Positions 50,136 through 61,245 of a DNA stretch of 64,000 nucleotides are shown here, piece after piece. Position numbers and translations under genes: made by a program. The notes below the pieces were generated by a model. That model was not told the origin of the DNA. It worked only from the letters and a program-made list of their open reading frames with translations, and made no database searches. This stretch comes from an uncultured virus (IMG/VR IMGVR_UViG_3300030116_006303) (Duplodnaviria > Heunggongvirae > Uroviricota > Caudoviricetes), in the IMG/VR virus record IMGVR_UViG_3300030116_006303, positions 1 through 64,000 of that record; one strand, given 5' to 3'. The first letter of the stretch is position 1; every line of letters begins with the position of its first letter.

Positions 50136-50600
50136 ATGGCACTGACAACATTAGGAAATACGGCATTCGGCACTTCGTCCGTTGTAAGTGCTGCTATCAA
50201 AGATAATGCGGTGGTATTCAATAAGTTGGATGCAAATACGGCTCACACCGATCGTAACCAATCTTTCACGGTTGCGCAACGTGGTGCGATTAGTGCACTC
50301 GGTGTACAAACATCAACGGTCACTCTCAATATGAACACGTCAAACTATTTTAGTTTGACGGCAAATGGAAACATTACCATAGCAAATCCTAGTAATACAA
50401 CTGCGGGTCAGGCTGGTGCTTTATTCGTAACTGCGAACGGTAGCTTTACAACATCATTCGGTTCTCACTGGCGGTTTGCGACAGGGACTGCTCCTACGAT
50501 GTCGACTTCTGCTGGTAAAGTTGACAGGATTGATTATGTAGTACAATCAGCAAATACCATACATGCGGTAGCTACGATTGATCTTCTTGGCACTGCATAG
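50136..50600 (+). CDS. Fibre adaptor protein, module 3
   Basis: Strongly similar to the C-terminal domain of 39927; both end ATIDLLGTA. Confidence 0.72.
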   Translation: MALTTLGNTAFGTSSVVSAAIKDNAVVFNKLDANTAHTDRNQSFTVAQRGAISALGVQTSTVTLNMNTSNYFSLTANGNITIANPSNTTAGQAGALFVTANGSFTTSFGSHWRFATGTAPTMSTSAGKVDRIDYVVQSANTIHAVATIDLLGTA

Positions 50601-50611
50601 GGAGTTTCTTT

Positions 50612-53600
50612 ATGTCGGTATTTAACTTACACCAAGGTGTTGTTGCGGGAACTGCTGCGGCTGCTGGAGGTAGTACTGTATTTGACTCAACTCTGATTGG
50701 TAATTCAGTGTGGTTTGATGGTTCTTCAGATCAGCTTGAAATGGCAAAGACGAGTGGTGGATCAGCTTCATCAAAATTTACAGTATCATGTTGGGTGCAA
50801 CGAAATGAATTTACAGAAGGTACTTTTACAGGAATATTCAATCACTATTTTGATTCAAACACTGGTGTTCAACTCACTTGGTTAAATGCCGACACACTTA
50901 CGTGGATTGTATTTTCTAGCGTTTCTGGTTCTGGCAGCCAGATTACAACAAATGAAGTATTTCGAGATTTTGGGTGGTATCATATATTAGCAAATTATGA
51001 TGGCACGAATGGCAGAATGCAACTTTTTGTAAACGGAGAACATGTTGGATCCAACGATGTTGGAGAGAAAAGATTCACCGCTGGTAGTACAAATCCTATA
51101 GGCAGTGGCACAGGTGGTGCTTCTTATTATTGGGGTGCTTGTAAAAATACAGCGGGAACGTTTGGCAGAACAAATTCATACCTTGCTCAATGCGCTTTAG
51201 AATTAGGTACTGCTGCTGTTCCATCTGATTATGTAGATACTTTTACATTTGGAACTAATGGTTCTCAAGTAATACCAAAGAAAACATCTGATTTAGTAGC
51301 TAGAATTAATTCTGCTGGTGGTCACTCGCATTTATTAGATTTTTCTGATGCCTCTAATCTTGGGAATGATATTAGCAGCAATAATAATGATTTTACTGCT
51401 ACAAGTATGGCAGCAGCTAATCAATCAAGTCACACACCTAGCTTATCATATCCAGTTTTAAATATTATTGATACGACTACCGCTACTGCGACAAGCGGCA
51501 ATCTTGATTTTGCTGGACCATCTGCAGACGACAAAGCTGCAATGAGAACTACCATTGGAATACCAGATGATTCCGGAAAATATTACTGGGAATATTTGTT
51601 GACTGGTGGTTCAAACGATGCACTTATGTTTGGCATTGCGGGAGATGGATCAGTCAATCATGGTTACGATGATTGGGTTCAAGATATCACACCTCAAATT
51701 GCGGTGTATACTGAAAGCGGTAGTAATAAACTATATGAAGACGGATCGGAAACAAGCGGCACTGTTTTTAGTACCGGAGCACCCGTATCCGGCACTACTA
51801 TTGGAGTTGCTTATGATTCAGCTACAAGAAAAATATGGTTCGCTTCAAATAATGTCTATGCAAATACCGGAAATCCTGCTGCTGGGTCTGGAGAAACTGG
51901 CACGTTAAGCGGAAGCGGCACAGCATTTCCAACTGTATCTGCCAGAGGTTCATCAGACACGTTGACACTTCGCTTCGATAGTAGTGATTTTGTTTACAGC
52001 GCACCAAGTGGTTTTAAGGAACTTAACACTAAAAACCTAACAGCACCAACATATCAAGGAATAGATTACTTTGATGCTACTACATACGAAGGTAATGGTG
52101 GTGTTCAAAGAGTAGGTGACTTTGTTCCGTTCACTGATACTTACACTGTAGATAAATCTGCAATGTTTGAATATGATGATAGAAGATATTTATCATTTAC
52201 TCCAAGTTCTGGTGGCAATCAAAAAACTTTTACTTTGAGTTTTTGGTTTAAACTTACAGGTTTGAGTGATCCTAGCTATGTAAATGCTGTTTTAACTACC
52301 ACCGGTGCGAAACAGGCGGAAATTTCCTTTCGATCATCTGGATCACTTAAACCACTTGATCAACAGATGAGAATACTTCTTTATAATGGTTCTTCTTTTG
52401 TTGCTAATTTAACTACAGATAGATCATTTGCACCATCTGATGGTTGGACACATGCTGTTATTGCTTTTGATACAAGAACGGGAGTGGCTGCTGCTAATAA
52501 GATAAAAATTTATATTAATGGTGTGCTGCAGACTACAACTGGTACACAGTTAAGCACTGATGATTATGATACGTTTTTTAATAATAACCAAGAACATAAC
52601 ATTGGACGGCAAATGAGCAGCGCAATTGGCGAAGCAGATGCTTATTTTGCTGAAATGGTTATGGTCGAAGATCAACAGCTAGACCCATCTAGCTTTGGTC
52701 AAGTAGATACATCAACAAACCGTTGGGTGCCTAAAGATGTATCTGGTCTTACGTTTGGTGATGAGGGTTGGTACTTAGAATTTGACGGAACATTTAATTC
52801 TGGGTTGACAACGGGTGCAGGAAAAGATTCATCTGGTAACGGAAATCACTGGGCAGAACAAAATGATAGTGGATCAGCTTGGGCAACCACAGATCGATTT
52901 ACAGATACACCTTCTAAAAACTTTTGTACTTGGGATCATGGTAGAAATGCTGGACACACATTAACTGAAGGCGCTTTAAAAGCAACGGGTGGCGCCGTGA
53001 GTTCCAGTCAGTTTGATACTGGACTAGGCACTATGTTTGTTTCTTCTGGCAAATATTATTGGGAGATTAATAGAGACAACGATCCAGCTGGAACAGATAG
53101 ATTTAGAACAGGCGTTGCTCAAGATTCNNNNNNNNNNAGCAGTTATGAGTTCGGATGACAGAAAAGATTTTTGGGGCTTAAGTGAAAATGGTCAAATACA
53201 TGGCGGTGGATTAGCTTTAACAAGTGGTTATGGAGTCACTACCACTACGGGTGACTATATCGGTGTTGCTTTAGATATGGATCGTCATGCTATTTACTTT
53301 AGTAAAAATGGAACTTGGATGAACAGTGCATCAGCAAGTGGAATTGCAGATGGAAGCGATCTTGCAAAAGCAGCTCACACAAATGTTATAGGAAGTGTCA
53401 CACCATTTATTTCGACTTACGATGCGCAAGTTGCAACATTAAGAACTGCATCTGACAGGTGGGAAAGTACAGCGCCAACTGGATTTTTAGAACTCAATCA
53501 GGATAACCTAGACGCCACTGCATCTAAACTTACGGCTCTAGCGATCATTAAGAATAGAGATGCAGCAGATGATACCATCGTTCAAGATAGACTCCTAGGT

Positions 53601-54554
53601 ACAACAAGTTATCTAAGCACAACTCAAAATGATTCAGGTAGTGCTGCGACCTCTCATGGTGATGGTGGCTCAGACATAGCAACAACAAATACAAATGTAA
53701 TGCAACGGTTTTTACAAAGAGGTGTGCAAGTTGGCAACGATGAAAATGTAAACACTGTTAATGAAAGTTATGTCTTGTGGCAGTGGTTATTAGGAGATAG
53801 TGCCACAACGGGTTCAAGTATTACTACTGGTGCTACTTCTGATACTATGGCAACAACCGGTATCGTTGCAGATGCGGGACATCTAAGCATCGTAGAATAT
53901 ACTGGAACTGGAACTGCTGGAGATAACTTCCTTCATGGTCTTGGAGCAAAACCAGAGCTCGTAGCTATAAAAAGAACAACCGGATCATCTACCAATAGTG
54001 ATTGGTGGACTGCAACACAAGGTATAGGATTATCCGACAATAACTATTTCTTTTTACATTACAACCTTGCTCTTCAGACTTCGACAAGTGGCATCAGAAC
54101 AGCCGATATTACGAATGATATTGTTGTGGTGGGTAATGGTGTAGCTGTAAACACTAGTGGTCAAACACATAGAGCTTATAATTTCAGATCTGTTCCCGGT
54201 GTTTGTAAGGTTGGAATTTATACTGGAACAGGTAGTAGTGTTTATGTTCATACTGGATTTAAACCTAGATGGATTTTAATTAAAAATACTGCCGTTGCTA
54301 GAAATTGGGTTATTGTAGATACAGCACGATCACTCACAAATCCAGCTGAACTGTTTCTATTTACAGACGAGCGTGATGTTGAAGCTGCAAGGGGACCAGA
54401 TAGCGGAAGCGATTACGATATTGACATACTATCAGATGGTTTCGTGCCCCGCACCGCTGACAGCGCTGTAAATGGTTCAGGTAATGTTCATTTATATCTT
54501 GCTATGGCAGATATAGCAGGAAACGGAACACTACCACCAATTTATGGAAGGTAA
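50612..54554 (+). CDS. Putative receptor-binding fibre 3 (LamG/SPRY), spanning the N gap at 53128-53137
   Basis: ORFs 50612-53158 and 53037-54554 together reproduce the fibre 1/2 architecture; ends PPIYGR. Confidence 0.72.
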
Positions 54555-54570
54555 TAAAAACTCCAGTGAT

Positions 54571-54578
54571 TATAAATA
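54571..54578 (+). promoter_or_regulatory. T4-type late promoter
   Basis: TATAAATA upstream of gp13. Confidence 0.75.
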
Positions 54579-54599
54579 GTAAAAAGACTGGAGTTCAAA

Positions 54600-55343
54600 A
54601 TGGCAGTTCCAAGTTCAAGGGCTGAATTTAAAGATTATTGTCTTCGTCGTTTGGGAGAGCCAGTAATCGATGTAAATGTCGATGCTGAGCAAGTAGAAGA
54701 TCGTATTGATGAAGCTCTAAAATACTACCAAGATTATCATTTCGATGGTACCGAGCGTGTTCTCATAAAACATGTCGTGACAGCTTCTGATAAATCAAAC
54801 GGATATATAACTCTTTCAGACTCAGTTATCGGTGTCAATCGTATATTAGATGTTGGGCAAGCAGTTCAGTCGTCGAATTTATTCAATATACGGTATCAAA
54901 TACATTTAAACGATTTATTTGATCTATCAGCATCTTCGTATGTACCATATGTTACTGCTATGACACACGTTGCTTACCTCGAAGAGTTATTTGTCGGCAA
55001 AAAACCTTTGAGATTTAACAGACACGTAAATAGATTGCACATTGATATGGACTGGGATAATGATGTTGCTCTCGACGAATATATCATTGTAGATGCATAT
55101 CGTATAGTCGATGGAGATGTCTATACTGACATATGGGGCGATCGATGGTTAGCAAGATACGCAACTGCACTTATAAAACGTCAGTGGGGATCAAATATTA
55201 CGAAGTTCGAGGGTATGCAATTACCGGGTGGATTAACTTTCAACGGTGCTAAAATATATGATGATGCAGAAGCTGAGATTCAAAAACTTGAAGAGGAAGT
55301 ATTATCAGCATATAGCTTACCTGTGCAAGATATGGTTGGATAG
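54600..55343 (+). CDS. 13: Neck protein (gp13)
   Basis: YCLRRLG.PVI..NV, K.QWG.N..KF.G.QLPGG. Confidence 0.93.
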   Translation: MAVPSSRAEFKDYCLRRLGEPVIDVNVDAEQVEDRIDEALKYYQDYHFDGTERVLIKHVVTASDKSNGYITLSDSVIGVNRILDVGQAVQSSNLFNIRYQIHLNDLFDLSASSYVPYVTAMTHVAYLEELFVGKKPLRFNRHVNRLHIDMDWDNDVALDEYIIVDAYRIVDGDVYTDIWGDRWLARYATALIKRQWGSNITKFEGMQLPGGLTFNGAKIYDDAEAEIQKLEEEVLSAYSLPVQDMVG

Positions 55344-55345
55344 TT

Positions 55346-56239
55346 ATGCCCACAAATGTGTATTTTAATAATTTTGGATATGCTCGAGAGCAAGACTTAG
55401 TAGAAGATCTTAGTATTGAAGCAATCAAGGTCTACGGGCATAATGTGAAGTACATCCCAAAGGCCGCTGTGAGACGAGATCCTCTTTTTGGTGAGGATAC
55501 ATTGGCTACTTATGATGATGCAGTCGACATTGAGATGTACATAAAAAATGTTGAGGGCTTCGAGGGTGAGGGCGATTTTTTATCTCGATTTAATCTTGAG
55601 ATTAGAGACTCGGTAACATTTACGGTTGCAAGAAAAAGATTCGATCAGGCTCGATCAGAGAGACTCACGACCGAGGTAGGTTATAGTTACCTTCAAGAGA
55701 GCGCAAACACTGCGGCTCCTTCTCGTCAATACCTTTCAACATCCGCAAACACTGCATATCTAGCAGGCATTACACTTGAAACAGCCACATCAGAAGGGTA
55801 TGCAATTACTAATAACAGACCAACTGAAGGTGATCTCATTTGGTTCCCCATGGTCGACAAGTTATTTGAGATCAAATTTGTAGAGCACGAAGCTGTGTTT
55901 TATCAAACAGGACGACTACAGACTTATGATCTGCGATGTGAATTGTTTACATATAGTAATGAAAGAATTGATACGGGTATCAGTGAGATCGATGCGATTG
56001 AGGATAATTTAAGTACTGATATCTTGACATTCGAAATCAGTCTGGAAGATGGTGGTGGATACGGCCCAGGCATACTGCAATCAGAAGATGGCGGATCAAT
56101 TATGCAAGAATATCGTGTGGAAGACAATCAGCCGACTGCAAACAACGAGTACTTCCAAAGCAATGATCCTATATTCAGTTCAAGTGCGGTGATTGATTTC
56201 AGTGAGAGTAACCCATTCTCAGAAGTGGATAGATTTTAA
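55346..56239 (+). CDS. 14: Neck protein (gp14)
   Basis: E.IK.YG..V.Y.P, RP.EGDLI.FP, LFEIKFVE, DFSE.NPF. Confidence 0.93.
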   Translation: MPTNVYFNNFGYAREQDLVEDLSIEAIKVYGHNVKYIPKAAVRRDPLFGEDTLATYDDAVDIEMYIKNVEGFEGEGDFLSRFNLEIRDSVTFTVARKRFDQARSERLTTEVGYSYLQESANTAAPSRQYLSTSANTAYLAGITLETATSEGYAITNNRPTEGDLIWFPMVDKLFEIKFVEHEAVFYQTGRLQTYDLRCELFTYSNERIDTGISEIDAIEDNLSTDILTFEISLEDGGGYGPGILQSEDGGSIMQEYRVEDNQPTANNEYFQSNDPIFSSSAVIDFSESNPFSEVDRF

Positions 56240-57075
56240 TGTTTGGACAGCAATACTACCACGGAACAATACGAAAATACGTTATTGCATTTGGTAACTT
56301 GTTTAATGACATCATTGTACAAAGACTTGATTCAAACGGCAATCGTATTCAGAGTCTATTAGTTCCTCTTGCATATGGCCCAAAAGAAAAGTGGCTAGTG
56401 AGGCTAGTTCAGGATCCAAATTTAGATCAAGATGTGGCCATCACACTACCTCGAATGGGATTCGAGATTCAAGGCATGACGTACTCGCCGCAGAGAAAAC
56501 TATCTTCTACAATTAAAAATGTAAGGCTACGAAGTACGGATTTTAATAGAGTAGATACGCAGTTTATACCAGTTCCGTACGATTTTACTATTGCACTATC
56601 CGTTTTTGTTCGGAATGCAGACGACGGAGCTCAAATAATTGAGCAAATTCTTCCTTATTTCAGGCCTGAGTTTACAACACAAGTAAATTTGATTCCTGAA
56701 ATGCAAGTAGTTGTAGATACACCAATTGTACTGCAGGATGTATCCATCGAAGATACTTACGAGGGCGACTTTGATACTCGAAGGGCATTGATTTATAATC
56801 TTACATTTAGCCTGAAGGGTTATATCTATGGTCCTGTAGCGAATAGTGGCTTGATCAAGCGTGCAATTACTAATTTTGTTGACGCGACTACAGATGCAGA
56901 GCCAACAATCGAGCGAATGACTATCACTCCTTCACAGTTTGCAAATGGATCACCACTCTTTGTTCCATCTGGCAATAGTGCTCAATCTGTAGCATTGAGT
57001 CAAATTAGTGCGAATACGGACTTCGGATTTACTACTGATATTACGATAGATCCATTTGACATCACAGAGACATAG
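56239..57075 (+). CDS. 15: Tail sheath terminator (gp15)
   Basis: FG.LFNDI, VPLAYGPKEK, LPRMGFE, QI.EQILPYF.P. Confidence 0.93.
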   Translation: MFGQQYYHGTIRKYVIAFGNLFNDIIVQRLDSNGNRIQSLLVPLAYGPKEKWLVRLVQDPNLDQDVAITLPRMGFEIQGMTYSPQRKLSSTIKNVRLRSTDFNRVDTQFIPVPYDFTIALSVFVRNADDGAQIIEQILPYFRPEFTTQVNLIPEMQVVVDTPIVLQDVSIEDTYEGDFDTRRALIYNLTFSLKGYIYGPVANSGLIKRAITNFVDATTDAEPTIERMTITPSQFANGSPLFVPSGNSAQSVALSQISANTDFGFTTDITIDPFDITET

Positions 57076-57076
57076 T

Positions 57077-57508
57077 ATGAAAACGAATATGGAAAAGAAT
57101 ATGGAAGACATATTCGATATATCTGAAAATACGAAGCCAATTATTGAAGTGATGCAAGATGGCCAAGTACCCACAGTTTTAGAAAAATATTCCGAAAAGA
57201 GTGATGAAATTGATGCAGATTACAAGTATGCAAGAGAAAATTTGAGAAGTATTATTGACTCTGCTCAAGCATCCATCGAGGATCTTTCTTCTATTGCATC
57301 TACATCAGAGTCACCTAGAGCATATGAAGTTCTATCGACCTTAATGAAAACAATTGTCGATGCGAATAAAGATTTACTAGAACTTCAAAGGAAAGTCAAA
57401 TTATTAAAAGATGAATCATCTCAGCCGCAGAGTGTTACAAATGCACTGTTTGTTGGTAGTACATCAGAATTACAGAAACTTATCAAGAAACAAACAGATA
57501 TTGAATAA
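57077..57508 (+). CDS. 16: Terminase small subunit (gp16)
   Basis: DY.YAR.NL, SESPRAYEV, NALFVGST.ELQK. Confidence 0.92.
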   Translation: MKTNMEKNMEDIFDISENTKPIIEVMQDGQVPTVLEKYSEKSDEIDADYKYARENLRSIIDSAQASIEDLSSIASTSESPRAYEVLSTLMKTIVDANKDLLELQRKVKLLKDESSQPQSVTNALFVGSTSELQKLIKKQTDIE

Positions 57509-57523
57509 ATAGGCTCAAAGCCT

Positions 57524-57551
57524 ATTATAATATGCTTGTCAGAAAAGTCAA
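57524..57551 (-). promoter_or_regulatory. Antisense sigma70-like promoter at the gp16/gp17 junction
   Basis: TTGACT-N16-TATAAT on the minus strand; adjacent hairpin AATAGGCT-CAA-AGCCTATT (57508-57526). Confidence 0.55.
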
Positions 57552-57556
57552 TAATA

Positions 57557-59197
57557 ATGTCTGAAAATTATCTAGCAAATCCATTATTAAAACGTGCATA
57601 TGTTCAAATAGAGTGGACAGCAGAGCAAGTACAAGAAGTTATAAAGTGCTCACAAGATATTAATTACTTTATTAAAAACTATGTAAAAATTATAAGCCTC
57701 GACGAGGGTCTTATAAACTTTGATATGTACGGGTTCCAAGAATCAATGGCAGAACTCATTGCAAAAAATAGATTTTCAGTTATCAAAACTTGTAGGCAGG
57801 CTGGAAAAACCACAACATCTGCTGCTGTTATTCTTTGGCACATTCTGTTTAATGATGACTATACTGTAGCCATTCTAGCAAATAAACTTACAACCGCTAG
57901 AGAAATTTTATCTCGTGTTCAGCGTGCATATGAAAATTTACCTAAGTGGTTGCAGCAAGGTGTGATGACATGGAACAAAACGAGTATTGAACTCGAAAAC
58001 GGTAGCAAAATTATCGCATCATCTACAGCATCGAGTGCTATTCGTGGTTACTCTATTAACTTCCTGTATCTAGATGAATTTGCTTTCGTTCCTCGTAATA
58101 TCCAAGATGATTTCTTTACATCAGTTTATCCTACAATTATTTCAGGTACAAATACAAAAGTCGTAATTACATCAACACCGAATGGCTTCGATCTTTTCTA
58201 CAAAATCTGGACAAACTCAGTAGAGAATCGAAATGAGTACGTAAACTATTCCGTTAACTGGTGGGACGTGCCTGGTAGAGATGAAAAATGGCGTGATAAA
58301 ACTATTGCAAATACCAGTGAGGACCAGTTTAGACAAGAATTCGAAGCGGAGTTTATAGGTTCATCGAATACACTCATTGCTCCTAGTATTCTTCGAGCAA
58401 TGACATTTAAAACACCCATATCCACATACTATGAGGGTAGTCTAAATGTATATGAAGAGCCAATACCGGGTAGAGCATACTTCTGTGTTGCTGATACAAG
58501 TAGGGGTGTTGGTATTGACTCATCCGCATTTATTATTGTAGACGTGACAGAAATACCATATAAAGTAGTTGCAGCATATAAAAATAATACCATTGCACCG
58601 ATAGTGTATCCAGAAGTGATATATAATGTTGTGAAATCGTATGGCGAGGCATTTACTCTCGTGGAGATAAATGATAATGGACAGCAAATTGCTGATATTC
58701 TCGCAAATGACTTAGAATACGAAAACATTATCTACACAACAATGCAGGGCCGTGGTGGTCAGGTAATAGGCGGTGGATTTTCATCAAATAGTCAGAAAGG
58801 TGTGAGAACTACAAAACCAGTAAAGCGGGTTGGTTGTGCCACCGCTAAGACAATGATTGAAAAACACAAAATTATTCTGAACGATTTTGATTTAATAAAT
58901 GAAATGTCGACATTTATTCAGAGAGGAAATTCTTATGAGGCAGAACAAGGAGCACATGATGATTTAATGATGTGTATTGTTCTTTTCTCTTGGGCATCCA
59001 ATCAACAGTTTTTCAAAGAATTAACCGACACTGATTTTCGTAAAAAATTGCTAGAAGAACGTGATAAACTTATATCTGATGATGTCATGCCATTTGGATT
59101 TTATGATGATGGAAGTGACGAAAGCGAGCTATTAATAAATAATCCAACAGGTGAAATTTGGAGCAACGATACTAGCAATAAGTGGTATTCTTGGTGA
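57557..59197 (+). CDS. 17: Terminase large subunit (gp17)
   Basis: RQAGKTT Walker A, LYLDEFAF Walker B, TSTPNG, nuclease D residues, HDDL. Confidence 0.97.
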   Translation: MSENYLANPLLKRAYVQIEWTAEQVQEVIKCSQDINYFIKNYVKIISLDEGLINFDMYGFQESMAELIAKNRFSVIKTCRQAGKTTTSAAVILWHILFNDDYTVAILANKLTTAREILSRVQRAYENLPKWLQQGVMTWNKTSIELENGSKIIASSTASSAIRGYSINFLYLDEFAFVPRNIQDDFFTSVYPTIISGTNTKVVITSTPNGFDLFYKIWTNSVENRNEYVNYSVNWWDVPGRDEKWRDKTIANTSEDQFRQEFEAEFIGSSNTLIAPSILRAMTFKTPISTYYEGSLNVYEEPIPGRAYFCVADTSRGVGIDSSAFIIVDVTEIPYKVVAAYKNNTIAPIVYPEVIYNVVKSYGEAFTLVEINDNGQQIADILANDLEYENIIYTTMQGRGGQVIGGGFSSNSQKGVRTTKPVKRVGCATAKTMIEKHKIILNDFDLINEMSTFIQRGNSYEAEQGAHDDLMMCIVLFSWASNQQFFKELTDTDFRKKLLEERDKLISDDVMPFGFYDDGSDESELLINNPTGEIWSNDTSNKWYSW

Positions 59198-59209
59198 TAA
59201 TCCTATTTT

Positions 59210-59217
59210 TATAAATA
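59210..59217 (+). promoter_or_regulatory. T4-type late promoter
   Basis: TATAAATA upstream of gp18. Confidence 0.78.
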
Positions 59218-59265
59218 ATAATGAACGAAAAATGCTATTAAATTAGTAGATAGGAGAATGACACA

Positions 59266-61203
59266 ATGCCTTTTCAAGTATCACCAGGCGTTAATGTAAC
59301 GGAAATTGATTTAACTACCGTGATTCCCGCTGTCTCCACGACGATCGGTGCTATTGCCGGACGTTTTGATTGGGGACCAGTAGATTTGCGAGTATTGGTC
59401 GATTCAGAAGAAACATTAACCAGGCAATTTTATAAGCCAAATTCAAACACGGCTGCGACATACTTTACTGCAGCGAACTTCCTTGCTTATGGCAACGCTT
59501 TATTCGTTGTTCGTGTTAAAAACGAAGCAAACAATGCTACTTCGAGTGGTAATACTGGAGTTCGTATCTTAAATGATGATGATTATGATAATAACTTTTC
59601 TACGGGAACGGGTGGTTCAGCCACAGCATGGGTCGCTAAGTATCCGGGAGCACTAGGTAACTCGTTAAAAGTTTCTATCTGTCAGTCCAATGCTGCGTTT
59701 TCAAACGTGGTAACGAGTGCTACTTTCTCATTTACTGCTGGTAATCAAACAGTAACTACGAGCGCTAACGTCTTTCCAACTATTGCGGTTGGCGATTCAC
59801 TCGTGCATGCTAACTCTACTGTCTCAATTAATGTCGTCGTTGATTCAATAGCTGCTACCGGAAGGTCGCTCACCGTTAAAAAAGCGCCGACGCAAGAGGA
59901 TCTCGGTAGTAACGCATCACTTACGACAACAGCAGGTGACATCACTCGTCGATGGGAATACTTCAACTTCTTCAATGCTGCTCCAGGAACTTCAAGCTAT
60001 GCTGCTCGACTCGGCGGTGCTAATGACGAACTTCATATCGCAGTTGTTGATGAGGACGGTGAGATCACAGGTATTAAGGGTCAGGTTATCGAGCGGTTTG
60101 AAGCTGCCTCGAAAGCATCTGATGCGTTATTCGATGACGGAACAAATGCTTTTTACAAAGAAGTCATCAATAATAGATCACAATGGATTTGGTGGGCTGG
60201 ACATGATCCACAATTAGGGATTACAGGAACACCTACGGCAACTCAAACATTTACAGCTTCCTCAACAAAACCTCAGACTACATCGATGTCTGGTGGTGAT
60301 AATGGCGGAAACCCATCGAATGCAGAACTGATTAACGGATATGATCTATTTGAATCAGCGGAGGATGTGGACGTTTCGCTTATCCTCGGGGCTGCTGCTA
60401 ATCAGACAGTTGCTACTCACATTATCAACAATATCTGCGAGACAAGACTTGATTGTATTGTATGTCTCTCGCCAGAGGAAGCCGATGTCGTGAATAACTC
60501 GATATATGCTGGTAAGGAAAGAGAAGACATTATTGAGTTCAGGAATACACTACCTTCAACATCCTATGCGGTGTTAGATAGTACTTGGAAATACCAGTAC
60601 GATAAGTATAATGATGTCTTCCGTTATGTTCCATCTAACGGTGATACAGCCGGTCTCATGGTCCGAACGGACACCACGAGAGATCCTTGGTTCTCACCTG
60701 CTGGATTTAACAGGGGTAACATTAAAAACGTCGCTAAACTTGCTTTCAATCCACGCAAAGCAGATCGTGACGAATTGTATAAGTCCGGGATCAATCCGAT
60801 CGTAACATTCCCTGGTCAAGGAACAGTGTTGTTTGGAGATAAAACTCTCTTAGCAAAACCGAGTGCCTTTGACCGTATTAACGTTCGTAGACTCTTCATT
60901 GTCTTAGAAAAAGCAATCTCGACTGCTGCTAAGTTTACACTGTTCGAGTTTAACGATGCATTTACTCGGGCTCAATTCCGTAATTTGGTCGAACCATTCC
61001 TACGGGATGTGCAGGGTCGTCGTGGTATCTTTGATTTCCGAGTGGTCTGTGACGAAACAAACAACACAGGTGAGGTCATTGATCGTAACGAATTTATCGG
61101 TGACATCTACATTAAGCCGGCACGCTCAATTAACTTCATTCAACTCAACTTCATAGCCGTCCGCACTGGGGTTGATTTTGAAGAAATAGTTGGTAAATTC
61201 TAA
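59266..61203 (+). CDS. 18: Tail sheath protein (gp18)
   Basis: SPGV...EIDLT, WFSPAG..RG, FDRINVRRLF, IKPARSINFI. Confidence 0.97.
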   Translation: MPFQVSPGVNVTEIDLTTVIPAVSTTIGAIAGRFDWGPVDLRVLVDSEETLTRQFYKPNSNTAATYFTAANFLAYGNALFVVRVKNEANNATSSGNTGVRILNDDDYDNNFSTGTGGSATAWVAKYPGALGNSLKVSICQSNAAFSNVVTSATFSFTAGNQTVTTSANVFPTIAVGDSLVHANSTVSINVVVDSIAATGRSLTVKKAPTQEDLGSNASLTTTAGDITRRWEYFNFFNAAPGTSSYAARLGGANDELHIAVVDEDGEITGIKGQVIERFEAASKASDALFDDGTNAFYKEVINNRSQWIWWAGHDPQLGITGTPTATQTFTASSTKPQTTSMSGGDNGGNPSNAELINGYDLFESAEDVDVSLILGAAANQTVATHIINNICETRLDCIVCLSPEEADVVNNSIYAGKEREDIIEFRNTLPSTSYAVLDSTWKYQYDKYNDVFRYVPSNGDTAGLMVRTDTTRDPWFSPAGFNRGNIKNVAKLAFNPRKADRDELYKSGINPIVTFPGQGTVLFGDKTLLAKPSAFDRINVRRLFIVLEKAISTAAKFTLFEFNDAFTRAQFRNLVEPFLRDVQGRRGIFDFRVVCDETNNTGEVIDRNEFIGDIYIKPARSINFIQLNFIAVRTGVDFEEIVGKF

Positions 61204-61211
61204 TCGGGCAA

Positions 61212-61219
61212 TATAAATA
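61212..61219 (+). promoter_or_regulatory. T4-type late promoter
   Basis: TATAAATA upstream of gp19. Confidence 0.78.
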
Positions 61220-61245
61220 ATAGAGAGAATTAGGAGAATATAAAA

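Noticed and set aside
53037..53158. Apparent split of fibre 3 into two ORFs
   Set aside because: The break coincides with the 10-N scaffold gap (53128-53137); an assembly artefact
40532..54554. Diversity-generating retroelement acting on the fibres
   Set aside because: No reverse transcriptase in the window and no near-identical TR/VR pair with adenine-specific mismatches; paralogue differences are largely synonymous-type
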